From Eledone cirrhosa (taxonomy: Eukaryota): a stretch of DNA of 64,000 nt. The stretch spans positions 309,566,001 to 309,630,000 of the forward strand of contig OZ024742.1 of the NCBI GenBank assembly GCA_964016885.1, written 5' to 3'. Under the pieces are notes generated by a model. The model saw only the letters and a list, made by a program, of their open reading frames with translations. It was not told the DNA's origin and made no database searches. Below, piece by piece: positions 1 through 15,040 of the stretch; position 1 is the first letter of the stretch; every line of letters starts with the position of its first letter. The position numbers and the translations under genes are program-made.

Positions 1-1274
1 AGTCGTTCTCTGGCCAAGAGCGGTTGGCTACCTTGACATCTATCATTGATTTTTGCAAACATTCTTTTGTCATAATTTTCATGCCTGTTACAACATTCTC
101 ACCAACTTGCTACATATTTCATTCGATTTTTATATTCTAAAATTCTGGCGGGAGGTTATGTAGCAGTAGCCTCCCTTGTTGTGACTCACAACCCCAATAG
201 ATTAACAACATCTAGACGGGAAGTAGAACCCTTTCTGTAACTTCCGGTTAGAACCCTATAAAACTAACAACTTTAAGTTCTCACTCTCTCATTTGCCCTT
301 CCGGCGCCTGGCCTTCGCCAGGCGTCTCGCGTTTGCCTGGCAATCAAAACGGTAACTACTAACTTTGCTTCATTCTTTCGTTTATTCATTGACATGTCAA
401 CTATACTGTTAAATTGTTGATTAATATTATACACACAAACCAAGTCTATTTGTTACATTCATACACCCTAATTCTCGCTATACTATCTTAGGTTTCTAAT
501 CTGGGATATAACCTACCAAAATACTTTCTCAAGCGGCAATTCAGTAAAATCACTTGGACGCCCAAGTGACCGAGAATCGCAATTTGATTGCTTTTTAATA
601 GGTTTCTTGTTGGACATAAAGCAGTGGAGACAACCTTTTAACTAAGGAACGAAATCAAAGACATAATTGGGGCTCATGTTGACGACCTCTTCGCGGTGGG
701 TCAAGGAAACGACAACAACTCGAGACAGCAACAGCTTTAATACGCAAGAAGAAACACATCCAAAATCTTAACGGTGAAACAATGTTATGAAAATATATAA
801 CTTTATACCTCAAAATTGAAATAGGGATATTGATGAAGCCTCGAATTTCCCGGATTTTCTTTATCATGTAATAAATAATTTATAAATAACTTTTAATAAA
901 TATATGTTTTGATTTACAATAAAATAGTAATGATTTTTTAAAACTGTTTAAATCTGCATTCATCCTTTATTTCGACACCACGAAATAAATGTAAAGTAAA
1001 TTTAACAGTTTTTATATATTTGTTTGAAAGACTAACTTCTGCGGCAAATTGCCAAACAAATATTTCTGCAAAATGTTAATGTTGTAAGGGAGTCAACTCT
1101 TCATAACTAATGAAACAAATCTAAGTCGTACAATATATAAAAATATATCAAGGGAGTTAATTTAATATTTTATTATCTCCCTTACATTAGATGAGGTGGT
1201 AGTAGATAAGCTAAACGTTTGTGTTACAAAAGGCCTAGATCAACCTTCATTTTTTGTTTGTTTCATTTACTGTT

Positions 1275-1395
1275 AAAGGTGGCAAATTAGCAGAGCCGTT
1301 AGGGCGCCAGGTTAAAAACATCTCGGATTTTGTTCCGGTCTACTGTTCTCTAAGTTCAAATCCTATCGTGGCCAAATTGTACTGGGGTTTGTACC
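1275..1395 (+). mobile_element. Degenerate tRNA-head SINE (Nin-type family), internally deleted
   Basis: AAGGTGGCAAATTAGCAGAGCCGTTAG...CTAAGTTCAAATCC resembles the head and B-box of the better copies at 18040-18203 and 25091. Confidence 0.5.
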
Positions 1396-1764
1396 TTCCC
1401 ACCCCCCTCTCTCTCACTCTTTCACCTTCACCCCCTCTCTCTCTCACTCTTTCACCTTCACCCACCCTCTCTCTCTGTCTGAAAGAAATCGGCTGCGATC
1501 CGGCCCTATGAGGGATGAGCTCAAGTTGAAAATGTTCAAGACACGTCATGTGTTTGAACCGCTCTCCTACGACTCCATTAGAAGTTTACAATTTAGTCAT
1601 AGAGGGAAGGTCAGTGACCATGACCTCTATAAATATTTCGGTGACTGGTGAGAGAACGGTATCCTCGAATTGGAAACCTGGCCCAAATATTTACTAAATG
1701 CAACCAAAAGCCATGTGGTGGCATTACACCAAGTGACAGCTTAACTCTACCATCCAAGTAGTCA

Positions 1765-1980
1765 CAGTGGAATTTGAATTTAGAACACAAAGAGCCAGAA
1801 TAAATGCCACTCTAAGTCCAATACTCTAACAATTCCACCAATCCATCGCCCCAGACTGGTATTTTATTTTATCAATTCCAGAAAGATAAAATATAAAGTT
1901 GACCTCGGAGTAATTTGAACTTAAAATGCAGAGAGCCGAAAAAACTACTGCAAAATATTTTCCTACACGCTAACGACTAG
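1765..1980 (-). mobile_element. Two decayed Nin-type SINE copies
   Basis: GGAATTTGAATTTAGAAC and ACTGGTATTTTATTTTATCAATTCCAGAAAGATAAAATATAAAGTTGACCTCGG...TTTGAACTT match the reverse complement of the family. Confidence 0.5.
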
Positions 1981-2029
1981 CAAAATGGTTTGAGGTATTT
2001 GTTTCAGCTGCTTACGCCCTACAAATTCC

Positions 2030-2225
2030 ACCAATATAGCAGATCTGTGATCAAATTGTATTCCTGTGCTCTAAGTTCAAATCTCACTGATATAGCAGAT
2101 CTTTGATGAAATGGCTCTGAGTTCAAATCCTGACAATATAGCAAATCGTGATCAAATGGTATTGATGCGCTCTGAATTCAAATCCCACTGATATAGCAGA
2201 CCTCTGATCAAACAATATTCCAGCC
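2030..2225. repeat. Tandem repeat, about 50-55 bp x4
   Basis: ATATAGCAGATC..TGATCAAA....CTCTGAGTTCAAATCC recurs at about 2034, 2090, 2137 and 2191. Confidence 0.7.
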
Positions 2226-3221
2226 TTGACCATCCCGACTTCCTTTGTAAGATGGTAGGGTATGATTTGAGGAAACCTATCTGCTTTTTCTAACAGGTAT
2301 CAACTAAGTTAAACGTTAATTTCGGTCATATAAGTTCTAGGTTCAATTTCGATTGGTAGTATTGATTTTATTTTTTTAGACCGACAAGTTTCAGTAATAT
2401 AGAGAAGTAAACTAATCATAACCTACCAAACCACACAAGGTAACTTTACTATATTAAAATATATTAATCTAAACAGATGAGCTAAACGTGGTAGCTTGAC
2501 CAGGTAGAAACAGCGGCTGAATCGCTTTCAAATCACACTCCTGTTGTCTTAAGAAAGATGGATACATTTGGCAATATAGTCCCTGATACACACGCAGTCA
2601 AACACGCACACACACACACGTGATGGCATTGCCTGTAACGTTTTTGGCCAGAGATCTTGATCGATCAGGGTTGACTGGGGTAAAACGCCAGCAACATTAA
2701 AATATATTAGAACATTAAAATATATTAGAAAATTAGAATATATTAAAATATATTAAGAACATTAAAATATATTAGAAAATCAAATATAGATTTAATACCA
2801 GTGTGACTACAATTATAAAAGCCTCGCTGTCTAGCAATCGAACTTACGACCTAATGAGTCTAACAACCTCGGTCCGCCGGGGTCGCGGGACGGCCAGCGC
2901 ATGGCCCCCATTTGCTCATAATACTTAGATATGGGGAGAGCCAGAGAGACGGCGGCAGTGACAGTGGGAGTTTGGTTCCTTTGCGTTCGGACCTGGTATA
3001 TATGTATATGTTCCACAGACACACTCAGATTAACAATAGCAATTATACACCTAATTGGGCATTAAGCAGCTAAAGTACATGTAAATTATATATTTGTATA
3101 TATACAGTATAAGGTTAACCGAGGCTGCGTAAAAGTGTATATAAATATATATTTAGAATATATAGCCATGTAAGCATGTCAAATTAACGCATGTCCCTGT
3201 AAGTTGAAAAACAAATCAATA

Positions 3222-4487
3222 CAATGTACCCCTGCCATTCGCGGTCCCGGTTATGCGCTGAATTTTCCGTAGAACCTAACTAATAATTGTTCGTGGAAAT
3301 CACCGCATATTCGCGGAATCGTAAATATCTTCTGCGATTTTTTAAATGGCTTTTTTCGTGACAATCATCATCATCATCACCATCATCGTTTAACGTCCGT
3401 GTTCCACGCTTGCATGGGTTTGGACGGGGGTTTTCTCACTTGAGGCAAGAGTGGTTATCTTGCTCGCATAGGACTATCTGGCGGGTTTTCTACAGCTGGA
3501 TGCCCTTCCTAACACCAACCACATTTACAGTGTGGGGCTGGGAGGTTTTTACCGTGTTGCCTACACGGCCACATTACAGCGTGAACTGTGTGTTTTTTGA
3601 CGTGACACCTACACGATCTCATTTGTTTCGGCCTGGATGTTGTGGCACCAACATAACTTTACATTGAAAGGGGCGGTGTGGATGGAGTGGGGGGACGGGG
3701 GTGTATTTTGTTAGAGGTGCCTACTGACTATAGTAGGTTTTACTATGTATTTAGGTAAGGCGGGTCTTCTCTGTTACTGAGTACCGCCAAAGGTCTCGGT
3801 CCAGTGACATTGTGTTGGTGAGGTGTAAGTGTGTGAGGTCGGAATTTATCAGCTCGTCCCAGGTTTTTCTAGGTCTGCCTATTCCGTGGCTACCGTCTAT
3901 CTTTATTGCCCTGCACTTTGTTATACAGCTATCGTTCTTCATGCGCATCACGTGACCATACCAACGTAGCCTTCTCTCGAGTAAACAACATCTGATCCCT
4001 CTTATTTCTAATTTTTTCCTTAGTTCGTTTATGCTTTGCCGTTCACGTATGTTACTATTACACATCCAGCGGAGCACGCAAGCTTCGTTCCTCTCTAGTC
4101 TGCGTATATCCTCTGCACACAATGCCCAGGTCTCACTGCCATGCAACATTGCTGTTCGTATGCAGGCATCGTACAACCTGCCTTTCATTTTTAGGGAGAA
4201 CCCTTTAGCGGCTAATAGCGGTATAAGCTCTCTGAACTTTTTCCATCCAGTTCTGACTCTAGCAATATATATATATTTTAACGCTAAATTATTAATAACA
4301 ATATACTGTATTCACCGCCCTATGGGACGCCCCTTCGCATAAGACGCTCTCTCGTTTTTATTATATTTTACGTTATATTTTGACGTTTATAGACATTTTT
4401 ATTGACCACGTCGTCCAATATTCGCGATTTTTCACTTTTCGCAGGTGCTCTAGGGACGTAAGCCCCGCGAATACCGGGGGAGAACTG
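3222..4487. mobile_element. Tigger/pogo-like MITE interrupted by an RTE LINE
   Basis: TA|CAATGTACCCCTGCCATTCGCGG on the left and CCGCGAATACCGGGGGAGAACTG|TA on the right form imperfect TIRs with TA flanks. Confidence 0.6.
3365..4265 (-). mobile_element. 5'-truncated RTE-clade LINE (ORF C-terminus plus 3' UTR with (GAT)n tail)
   Basis: ORF 3751-4188 has KGRLYDACIRTAMLHGSETW, RLRWYGHVMRM and GRPRKTW, typical of RTE C-termini; (CAT)n tail at 3365-3388. Confidence 0.9.
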
Positions 4488-4827
4488 TATTCTGATTCAA
4501 TTTTTAGAATCATAATTGGGATCTCATCAGTGTGTATGTACATCTAACATCTACAAAGAAATACATAACGCCCGGCATTATAAATGCTTGGTAATGTGAT
4601 AGTAATAATGAAATATACTTGTTTATGTCGGTAATTAATTATAACACATATTAAATTATTCACTGAGTAACCTAAGTATACGTTACATATAAATTTGTAC
4701 ATATACAGTACAGAATTTAACTGAGACTGCGTATATAAATTTAAACATTGGGTATATAAACATATAAACATTTAAACATGTAAACAGATTTAGGTATTTA
4801 TATTTTTTCAATTTACACCACACATTC

Positions 4828-4842
4828 ATGCGCGCGCGCGCG

Positions 4843-4917
<75 letters not shown>

Positions 4918-4982
4918 GCACGCACGCACGCACGCACACACACGCACGCACGCACGCACGCACGCACGCACGTACGTACGCG

Positions 4983-5013
<31 letters not shown>

Positions 5014-5035
5014 GTATATATACACACACGCACAC
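4828..5035. repeat. Compound (CG)n/(CA)n/(CACG)n microsatellite
   Basis: Read directly; alternating purine-pyrimidine tract. Confidence 0.95.
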
Positions 5036-5313
5036 ATCACACAGTCACACTACACATATACTCACACACACAGTCACACTACACTCGCACTCACACACAC
5101 AGTCACCCCTTCAACCCACAAACACACATACTCAGTGACACAGGGTACACAAGGTATATTCGGTACACCCAGCAAAGTTTATATTGTTGTTTTGGTGTAA
5201 AGTCGAAGTTGATCATTGAACTAACTTCTCCACATTTCACACCAAATGGTCTCCAAATGTTTCACTCATTTGACGACCTACTGGCGCCGCAGTGATGATA
5301 CTGTCTCACTTCA

Positions 5314-5351
<38 letters not shown>

Positions 5352-8300
5352 CATCTGGACCCGGAGTGTCGACTGGTGGTCCTAGACGTTGACGGTAGTG
5401 AAGGTGGAGCCTTCAGGCTGGTGGCCGCATATGCCCCATCCGGGACACCGCGGCCAGACTTCTTCAAACGTCTAGAGACTTTTCTGGGAACGTCCCGCTC
5501 CTTGCTTTTAGTGGGGGACTGGAATGGAATCCTAGATGCACGTTGGGACTATGTGGGAGCATGTCCCGACAAAGGGGGTGTAACAGCCTCAAACAGTTAA
5601 TCGACCGATTTGACCAGGCCGATAGATATCGACTAGATTTTCCGACTGCGCCACTGTGGACGTGGAGTAATCGTAGCGGAACATCTAGATCGTACCTAGA
5701 TAGGGTTCTAGTTAGAAATAAGGATAGGGACATGTTAAGCTGTCCACAAATGTTCATGGTTGCCTATTCAGATCACAAACTAGTGACCTGCATGGCCAAC
5801 CTTGATAGAACCCATAGACAAGGACCCGGCTACTGGAAGCTGAACTTGTCGTTACCGACAAGCAAAGCCTACAGTAGACGGATTAGCACTTTAGTTAAAC
5901 AGCACTTGACAGGGGCCATTGTCAACAACAGATGGTGGTACTCTCTCAAGAAGGCAGTTAGATTAGATTAGATAGTTTTTAGTAAAGAATTAGCGTTAGA
6001 TAGAAATAGAACCGAGAAGGAACTGGTAGATAAAGTAGAAGAGGCAATTAGAAGTGGCAACGTAGCCAGCGTGCTAGCAACGAGAACGGCCTTGGACCAG
6101 TTCTTCGACGCAAAGCACGAGGGCTGCGTTGTCAGAAGCAAAATACGTGCTCTGGGAAACGAGGGAGCCAAAGCTGTTAGCTGGGCCCGAGTGACGGAGG
6201 CAAAAAGTGGCAACAAGTCCACGATTCGGTCTTTGAAGGACCAAAACGGACGCGTGATACGTGAGCCGAAGCAGATGTGTGCGGCTTTTCAGCGGCACTT
6301 TGCTCAGCTGTTCGGGGGGAGCGGCGCGCCGGGAGAGGCTATGGATTTCGGTCCATACCTCGACGGCCTACCGCGACTCTCGGACAGCGAGGCAAAGTTC
6401 TGCGAAAAGTCGATTTCAGCCACTGAGATAGGGAACGCGCTGAGCCAATGCGGCAAACGCAAATCTCCAGGTCTCGACGGTCTACCCTACGAATTTTACG
6501 TAGCAATGCCGGACTTATTCTCTGGTCTCCTGGAAGCGGTCTACTGCAACTGGCAACAGAACGGGAGAATTCCCAGTTCTGTAACCGGGGGCGTGGTCAC
6601 ACTAATCGGGAAGGACGAGAATAAGGGGGATGACATAGGCAACTTCCGGCCCATAACTCTGCTAAACACAGAGTTACAGATTTTGGCCAAGGTGTTGGCA
6701 AAGAGGCTGGCGCTTGTCGTCGAGAACCTGGTGGGAGAAGCGCAGACATGCGCAATCCCGACCAGGTCCATACACGACAACCTCCACCTCATGCGATACA
6801 TCATAGAGAGGGTAGGGTGTAAACCCGGCTTCGGTGGGGCCCTGATCAACTTGGATCAGTCTAAGGCTTTCGATAGGGTTGACCATCGTTACCTGGATGC
6901 GGTGCTCGAGGCGGCAGGCTTCGGACCCGTGTTCAGGGGCTGGATTGCTGCAATGCACAACAGCAACATCTGCTCAAGGGTCAAGGTGAACGACTACCTC
7001 TCGGAGCCGTTCCATATTACGCGATCCATTCGACAGGAATGCCCTCTCTCCTCCCTTCTGTACGTACTGACTCTCGAGCCACTACTGCGGAAGCTGGAGC
7101 TATTGCAGGGCATCCCTCTGGAACCGGGACTGCGGAAAGCGGCGTCGGCCTACGCCGACGACGTGACAGTAATGGTGTCGAGCGCCTCGCAAATCGAGGA
7201 AGTCGGCACCTTACTAAAGGAATACGAAAGTCTCACAGGAGCGAAGCTGAACCGGGACAAGTCCATCGGTTTGCAACTCGGATCGTGGAGAGGCAGACCG
7301 ATGCCTTCCGATGGCGTCGTCGGACGCTGGACGGAAGGACCGGTAAAGCTGCTCGGGGTCTGGTTTGGTCCGGACCTCCAGGTGGAGAAGAACTGGAACG
7401 AAGTGACGGCCAAGGTGTTTGCACTCACCCAGAAGTGGGCCGAGTGCAAACTATCCTTGAAAGGTCGAGCGGAGGTGGCGAACACTTTTATAGCGTCCGC
7501 CATCTACTACCGCTTGACCGTCGTGCCTTGTCCAGCCAAAACGCTCGCCAAAATGGAGCGCGCGCTCTTCCGATTCCTTTGGAAGAGGCGGGCTCCTTTA
7601 GTGAGAAGATCCATCTGCTGCCAACACCCTTCTAACGGAGGGCTGGGGATGCCGTGGTTGACGGTGCGCAAACACGCGCTCAGGCTGCGGCATCTCTACG
7701 TATTCCTCACCGGACAACCGGTGTGGGCCCCGTTCGTGAGGCGAGCCTTCCCACGACTCGTCTCGCTGACCGAGCTGCAGTCCTGGGTCAAGCAAAGACC
7801 GAGGAAAATGGGCGACTGGCACATCGAATGTGCTCAGGCGCTCACAGCCCTCTGGCAGGCGGACCCGGCGATCAGTGGAGACTCCACTTTGTCATTCTAT
7901 AGAGGGTTGGTCCGCAGCAAGTGCGACGACGCGCTCGGTGAAACTCTAGGCGTAGAGGAAGATGAACTGGCCAGTCTGTTCGGTAGGACCTTCCGCCCGG
8001 GACCGATGGACAACTTCCAAAAGTCCCTGACCTGGCAGTGCTACCGAGGAGCTCTACCAGTTCGAGACAAGCTCTACAGACATGGGCGCCCGGGCAGGGA
8101 CCCTGCAAAAAAGATCTGTCCGAGGTGCGTGCGAGACGAAGAAACCGTCGTGCACGCATTCATACACTGCCCGGGTGTCACTGACCTGTGGGGCTATGTA
8201 GAACGACTATTGTCGCGGGTGGGACCAATCCAGTTGACCACCGAGTCCATTGTCATGATCAAACCACCACCCTCCTTCAAAAACGAAGGAGAGGCGGTTT

Positions 8301-8775
8301 TCCTTTGTGTGATAGCTATGGCGAAAGAGGTTGTATGGTGGACAAGGTTGAAAGGGCTGAGGTCAGACACCTTTCTCTCCGGCCAACAACTGATTCTTTT
8401 TTTCAAATACCACTTTGGAAGAAGAATCAGGATGGAGAGAGAGGTGCTGTACCCCAGCAAGTTTTTATGAAAGGTGGGTGAAAGTGGCGAGAATGGCCCG
8501 AGTGAATGGGCCTTCTCTCTATATCAGCCTGTAGGTTGAGGAAAAGGAGGAGGAGAGGAAAGGAGTACAAGCTCTTCGTACTCCTGGAGATGAGGGTTGC
8601 ACATTTTTTTTCGGGGGTATGTGTTACCCATATAAACTGTCTCCCTCTATTGGGGAAAATCGACTAACTTTTTAAATTCCATTTGTGATAACATTTTACA
8701 CGTTTTTATTGTATGTAAACTTCCCCCTTTGTATTTGTCCCCTTCTTTTGTGCCCCTGTGGCTAATAAAGAAATA

Positions 8776-8820
<45 letters not shown>
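5352..8820 (+). mobile_element. Tx1/L1-like non-LTR retrotransposon, 5'-truncated ORF2 (APE endonuclease, RT, Cys-rich C-terminus), recently disabled
   Basis: EN motifs AYAP, GDWN, SYLDRV and SDHK; RT motifs KSPGLDG, FRPITLLN, LDQSKAFDRV and YADD (7151-7162); CPRC..ETVVHAFIHC. Disrupted by a frameshift near 5575, an in-frame TAG at 5969-5971 and a frameshift near 8465. (CTAT)n on both sides. Confidence 0.92.
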
Positions 8821-8822
<2 letters not shown>

Positions 8823-8867
8823 GTATTTGTCCCCTTCTTTTGTGCCCCTGTGGCTAATAAAGAAATA

Positions 8868-8898
<31 letters not shown>

Positions 8899-8906
8899 TT
8901 ATCTGT

Positions 8907-9250
8907 CTGTGGCGAAAATGGCCCGAGTGAATGGGCCTTCTCTGTATATAAACCTGTAGGTTGAGGAAGATAAACAGAGGGAAGACAGGAACATCTACAC
9001 AACGTGTTCCTGGTGTTGAGGGTTGTTCTATCCACGGGGTGTAAAACAACTCTGCAGTAACGTTCCCCCCCCCCTATTGGAGATTTCAATTGTTATTTTA
9101 TTATATATAGTTTATTGTTATTTATTAATGTTAAAGTTATATGATTTTTATGTAAAACCCCCGCCGTTACGTCTTGTATTGTCCCATTTTTGTACGCCCC
9201 TGTGGCAAATAAAGAAAGATATCTATCTATATCTGTCTGTCTGTCTATCT
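8907..9250 (+). mobile_element. Second 3'-end-only copy of a related Tx1-like subfamily
   Basis: GTGGCGAAAATGGCCCGAGTGAATGGGCCTTCTCTGTATAT repeats 8485-8525; ends CCCCTGTGGCAAATAAAGAAAGATATCTATCT like the main copy. Confidence 0.85.
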
Positions 9251-9284
9251 ATCAGTCTGTCGGCCTGCCTGATATATGGTACCA

Positions 9285-9361
<77 letters not shown>

Positions 9362-9769
9362 AAAATTGAACGGGAACAAAACAGAGAGGCAGTACGAACA
9401 AAGGTTTATTAGTTTCACGCTCTTGAGAGTGGGGTGGTATGTATGTTTGTGTGTGTGTGTGTGTGTGTTTGTGTATGCGAAAAGTCAACAAGAAAAAAAA
9501 CAACACGAAAGAACAATACAGTACAATAACACAAGAGCAAGAATGAGGGGGTGATTCTACTGACATGGCTTTAAAAATGAGGCTGCTTGCATAATTGCAA
9601 ACAAATCGAATAATATTGTTGATTTTCGAAAAACTCAGATTACATTTATTCTATTCAGCCATGTAGAGCGAAAATTTTTATTTATTTATTTTTTTCAATT
9701 ATATATATATACATCCTGGAACAGTTCGTGATTTGAACTCGGGAATTTTATATTCTCCGAGTGAGAAAA

Positions 9770-9853
9770 ACCCTCTGACGAAAGTTTTCTTCTCAATGGA
9801 TTTCCGCATGGATTATCCATTTATTTTGAGACTTGAAACCGCGCGGTAAGGGT
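9770..9853 (+). ncRNA. Type I hammerhead ribozyme
   Basis: Stem I ACCCT/AGGGT; core CTGACGA; stem II AAGT..ACTT; GAAAC; palindromic stem III ACCGCGCGGT; GUA cleavage triplet at 9846-9848. Confidence 0.85.
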
Positions 9854-10304
9854 AATTATAGCAGGTACAGTGAACTTTTTAAAATTTATTTTAAAACTTT
9901 TTCTTATTTGCTAAACCTTGATTATATATGTTCTGGCTCGTTAATTTATTAACCTGCCATAGAACCACATTGGTATACGGTTGGATAATACATGTATCCC
10001 TATATGTATTTTGCATGTAGGGAGACATACTATATTATTATTAATCTCCCCTGGTCGAGATAACATTTTGGTCGTTTTAACTGCTGCTATTTCTAGTGGC
10101 AGTACATTGACTTTTCCGCCCCTGCCTTCTATCTTTACACACGGCACTATACAGAATTCTTTAGAATCTGCCATTTGACCAGAGACAGTGAACTTTTTCA
10201 GTGCTATGGAATTCAGTCCCCGCCAGCTGTTCCATCCTCCGAATTATTATTTTTATATGAGTCCCTAGTGTCCGCGCATTGCCTGGAGACTTAGCTGAGA
10301 ATAG

Positions 10305-10386
10305 ACTCCCTGATGACGTAATGAATTCTCGATGGTTACATTGCGTAACTATCTTTATCCCATTACAGAAACTAATTAGTTGGAGT
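10305..10386 (+). ncRNA. Type I hammerhead ribozyme
   Basis: Stem I ACTCC/GGAGT; CTGATGA; stem II GTAATG/CATTAC; GAAAC; palindrome AACTAATTAGTT; GUU triplet at 10379-10381. Confidence 0.8.
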
Positions 10387-10442
10387 GAAAATTTTAGTTA
10401 GTAAGTTAATTTTTAATTTTTAAAATTTTCTTATTTTACGTC

Positions 10443-10630
<188 letters not shown>

Positions 10631-10759
10631 GTGAGGTTTTTTTTACAAAATGAAAAATAACCGAGGTGTCCTACACGAGTGGAAGTATAAAGAAAAAGGG
10701 ATGAAATCGAAAATGCAACTGAAGTCTTATTTTTTAAAAATATATATATTTATTTGGTT

Positions 10760-10797
10760 CCTTTACCGGTTTCGCAGTTCTTCTGCTTTTCAAAAGG
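10760..10797 (-). ncRNA. Minimal hammerhead-like motif with variant core
   Basis: Minus strand reads CCTT TTGAAAA GCAG AAGAA CTGC GAAAC CG GTA AAGG; all three stems pair but the core is UUGAAAA. Confidence 0.6.
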
Positions 10798-10841
10798 TGA
10801 GTTGAGATGGAGGGTCTGTGGTTTTTCTCCATATCTATCTA

Positions 10842-10995
<154 letters not shown>

Positions 10996-11045
10996 CACAT
11001 ATACACACACATACATATACATATATATATATATACACACATACA

Positions 11046-11102
<57 letters not shown>

Positions 11103-11109
<7 letters not shown>

Positions 11110-11695
11110 ATGTTGAAAAGGTAACACACCAGAGAGAGATATATAGTGCATTATCAATGATACAGGGAAAAAACCCACCAGTGTATGGAATCCATAACCT
11201 ATGAAAGGCAGACTATAGACACGATAATTAAAAATATAAATTAAAGCGTAAATAAATACCTCTATAACTATATAGCACACGTACAAATCCAAAGATATGT
11301 TTCACCAAAAATTTATTGAAAGAAATGGTCTAGTCTCGGTTCATCAGCGTGTGTAAGGCTATACATTTCAGACAACACTAAGAGAATTTTAAAATTGACT
11401 GTCCAGCTACACGTGGGAGAGAGAAGTCACAGCGTGTTTAAGGGCAGTAAACCAGTGGTCTCTGAGGGACGAACTGCTAGAAAGGGCAGCCCAAATCCAC
11501 TCAGAGAAGTGTGTTCAACCAAACAGAGATAGGAAAACTGTTATTAGGAGCGAAATATCACGATAAATTAACGGAGGCATAGGCCGTCGTTATTCCCTGT
11601 AAATAATGTGCTCAAAGGAGAAGAGATCCTGAGCTCTTTAAAATACAATATGTTGAAAAGGTAACACACTAGAGAGAGATATACAGTGCGTTATC
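11103..11695 (-). mobile_element. Non-autonomous PLE-like element with about 50-bp terminal direct repeats and a degenerate HHR
   Basis: ATACAATATGTTGAAAAGGTAACACAC.AGAGAGAGATAT at 11103 and 11643; minus strand CTGATGA ACC...GGT GAAAC at about 11295-11348, with a poor stem I. Confidence 0.5.
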
Positions 11696-13853
<2,158 letters not shown>

Positions 13854-14036
13854 ATTTAATGGCTTAGTGGTGAGCCCTGTTACTCTGGAGTTTCATCTGC
13901 GCATTTCTCACTTTCTCACTTTTTGCCTTCTAAAATGGCTGATTGAATACACATGTGCCTTTTCTAAAAGAAATGTTTCCGTTTCTTCCTCTTCCCACTC
14001 TCTATCTTTCTAGTTCATCTTTTATTTCTCATTCTA

Positions 14037-14072
14037 TCTTCTGATGAGGGACTACTGTCCAAAACGTAAAGA
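14037..14072 (+). ncRNA. Minimal hammerhead, core-mutated
   Basis: TCTT CTGATGA G GGAC TACT GTCC AAAAC GTA AAGA; GAAA has become AAAA. Confidence 0.6.
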
Positions 14073-14289
14073 CTCTTCTCCTACAATGTCAAGCATGAAA
14101 CTAATATATTTCTTCATTGTACTCTGTTATTTGCTTTATTGCTTCTGTTTACTTTTTTTGCACAATTCAGTGAAAAACACGATTTATGATGAGGGACATA
14201 GTGTATGTATTAATGAGACAAATGTTCGACCCTGTGCTCTGCGTTTTCAATCCCAAGTTTCTTCAGATTCCCGTAGAGCTCGCGGTCGG

Positions 14290-15040
14290 ATCTTTACTTC
14301 ATTAATATTTGCAGACAACATGGTGACTCGACACAAGGTGATCTCGAACTTAATAGGTTTGATGCCGGGTGCTGCATGGCTGGAATGACAATCATAGCTG
14401 TGAAAACTGAGACACTCGTCCTCTCAAGAAAGCCTGCGCAGTGCACTCTACATGTGAATGGAATTCAAGTATCTTGGGGTTATTTTCACGAGTGATGGAA
14501 GGCAGGAGGCTGAATTAAGTGCCAAAATTGCGAGAGCTGGTGCAATAATGCGCTAGCTTCATCATTCAGTAACCAGAAGAAGAGAGGTAGGTGTAAAAGC
14601 CAAACTCGCTATCTTCAATTCGGTATTCGTGCCAACCCTATGGTCATGAATCTTGGGTAATGACCAAAAAAATACAAGTGGCTGAAATGGGCTTCCTTCG
14701 AAGGGTCTTTGGAGTAATGTTACTTGTTAGAGTGTATGGGTCGCAGATTAGAGAGTCACTCCAAGTAGAGCCACTACTTCTCTGAATTGAGAGATCATAG
14801 CACCGATACTATGGACATGTGGATAGAATGTCTCAGGAAAGAATCGCTGGACAGATTTTACGGGCAAAATCAACCGACAGGAGACCCAAGGGTAGACTCC
14901 GAGCAAAATGGTTGGATAACATCCATGAGGTCGGCTGGTCTCGCTTGGGGATCCAATCGGATCAATTGGAGACGGTTGTTTCTGACAGGACCCGCTACAA
15001 GGCGTATTTGATGACTTTGCCCCAATGACCCTCTCAGGAC
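14290..15040 (+). mobile_element. Decayed RTE-clade (Expander/Rex3-like) LINE 3' part
   Basis: LIFADNMV, FKYLGVIFTSDG, GHESWVMT, AEMGFLRRV, YGHVDRM and RRPKGRLRAKW across frameshifts. Confidence 0.8.
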
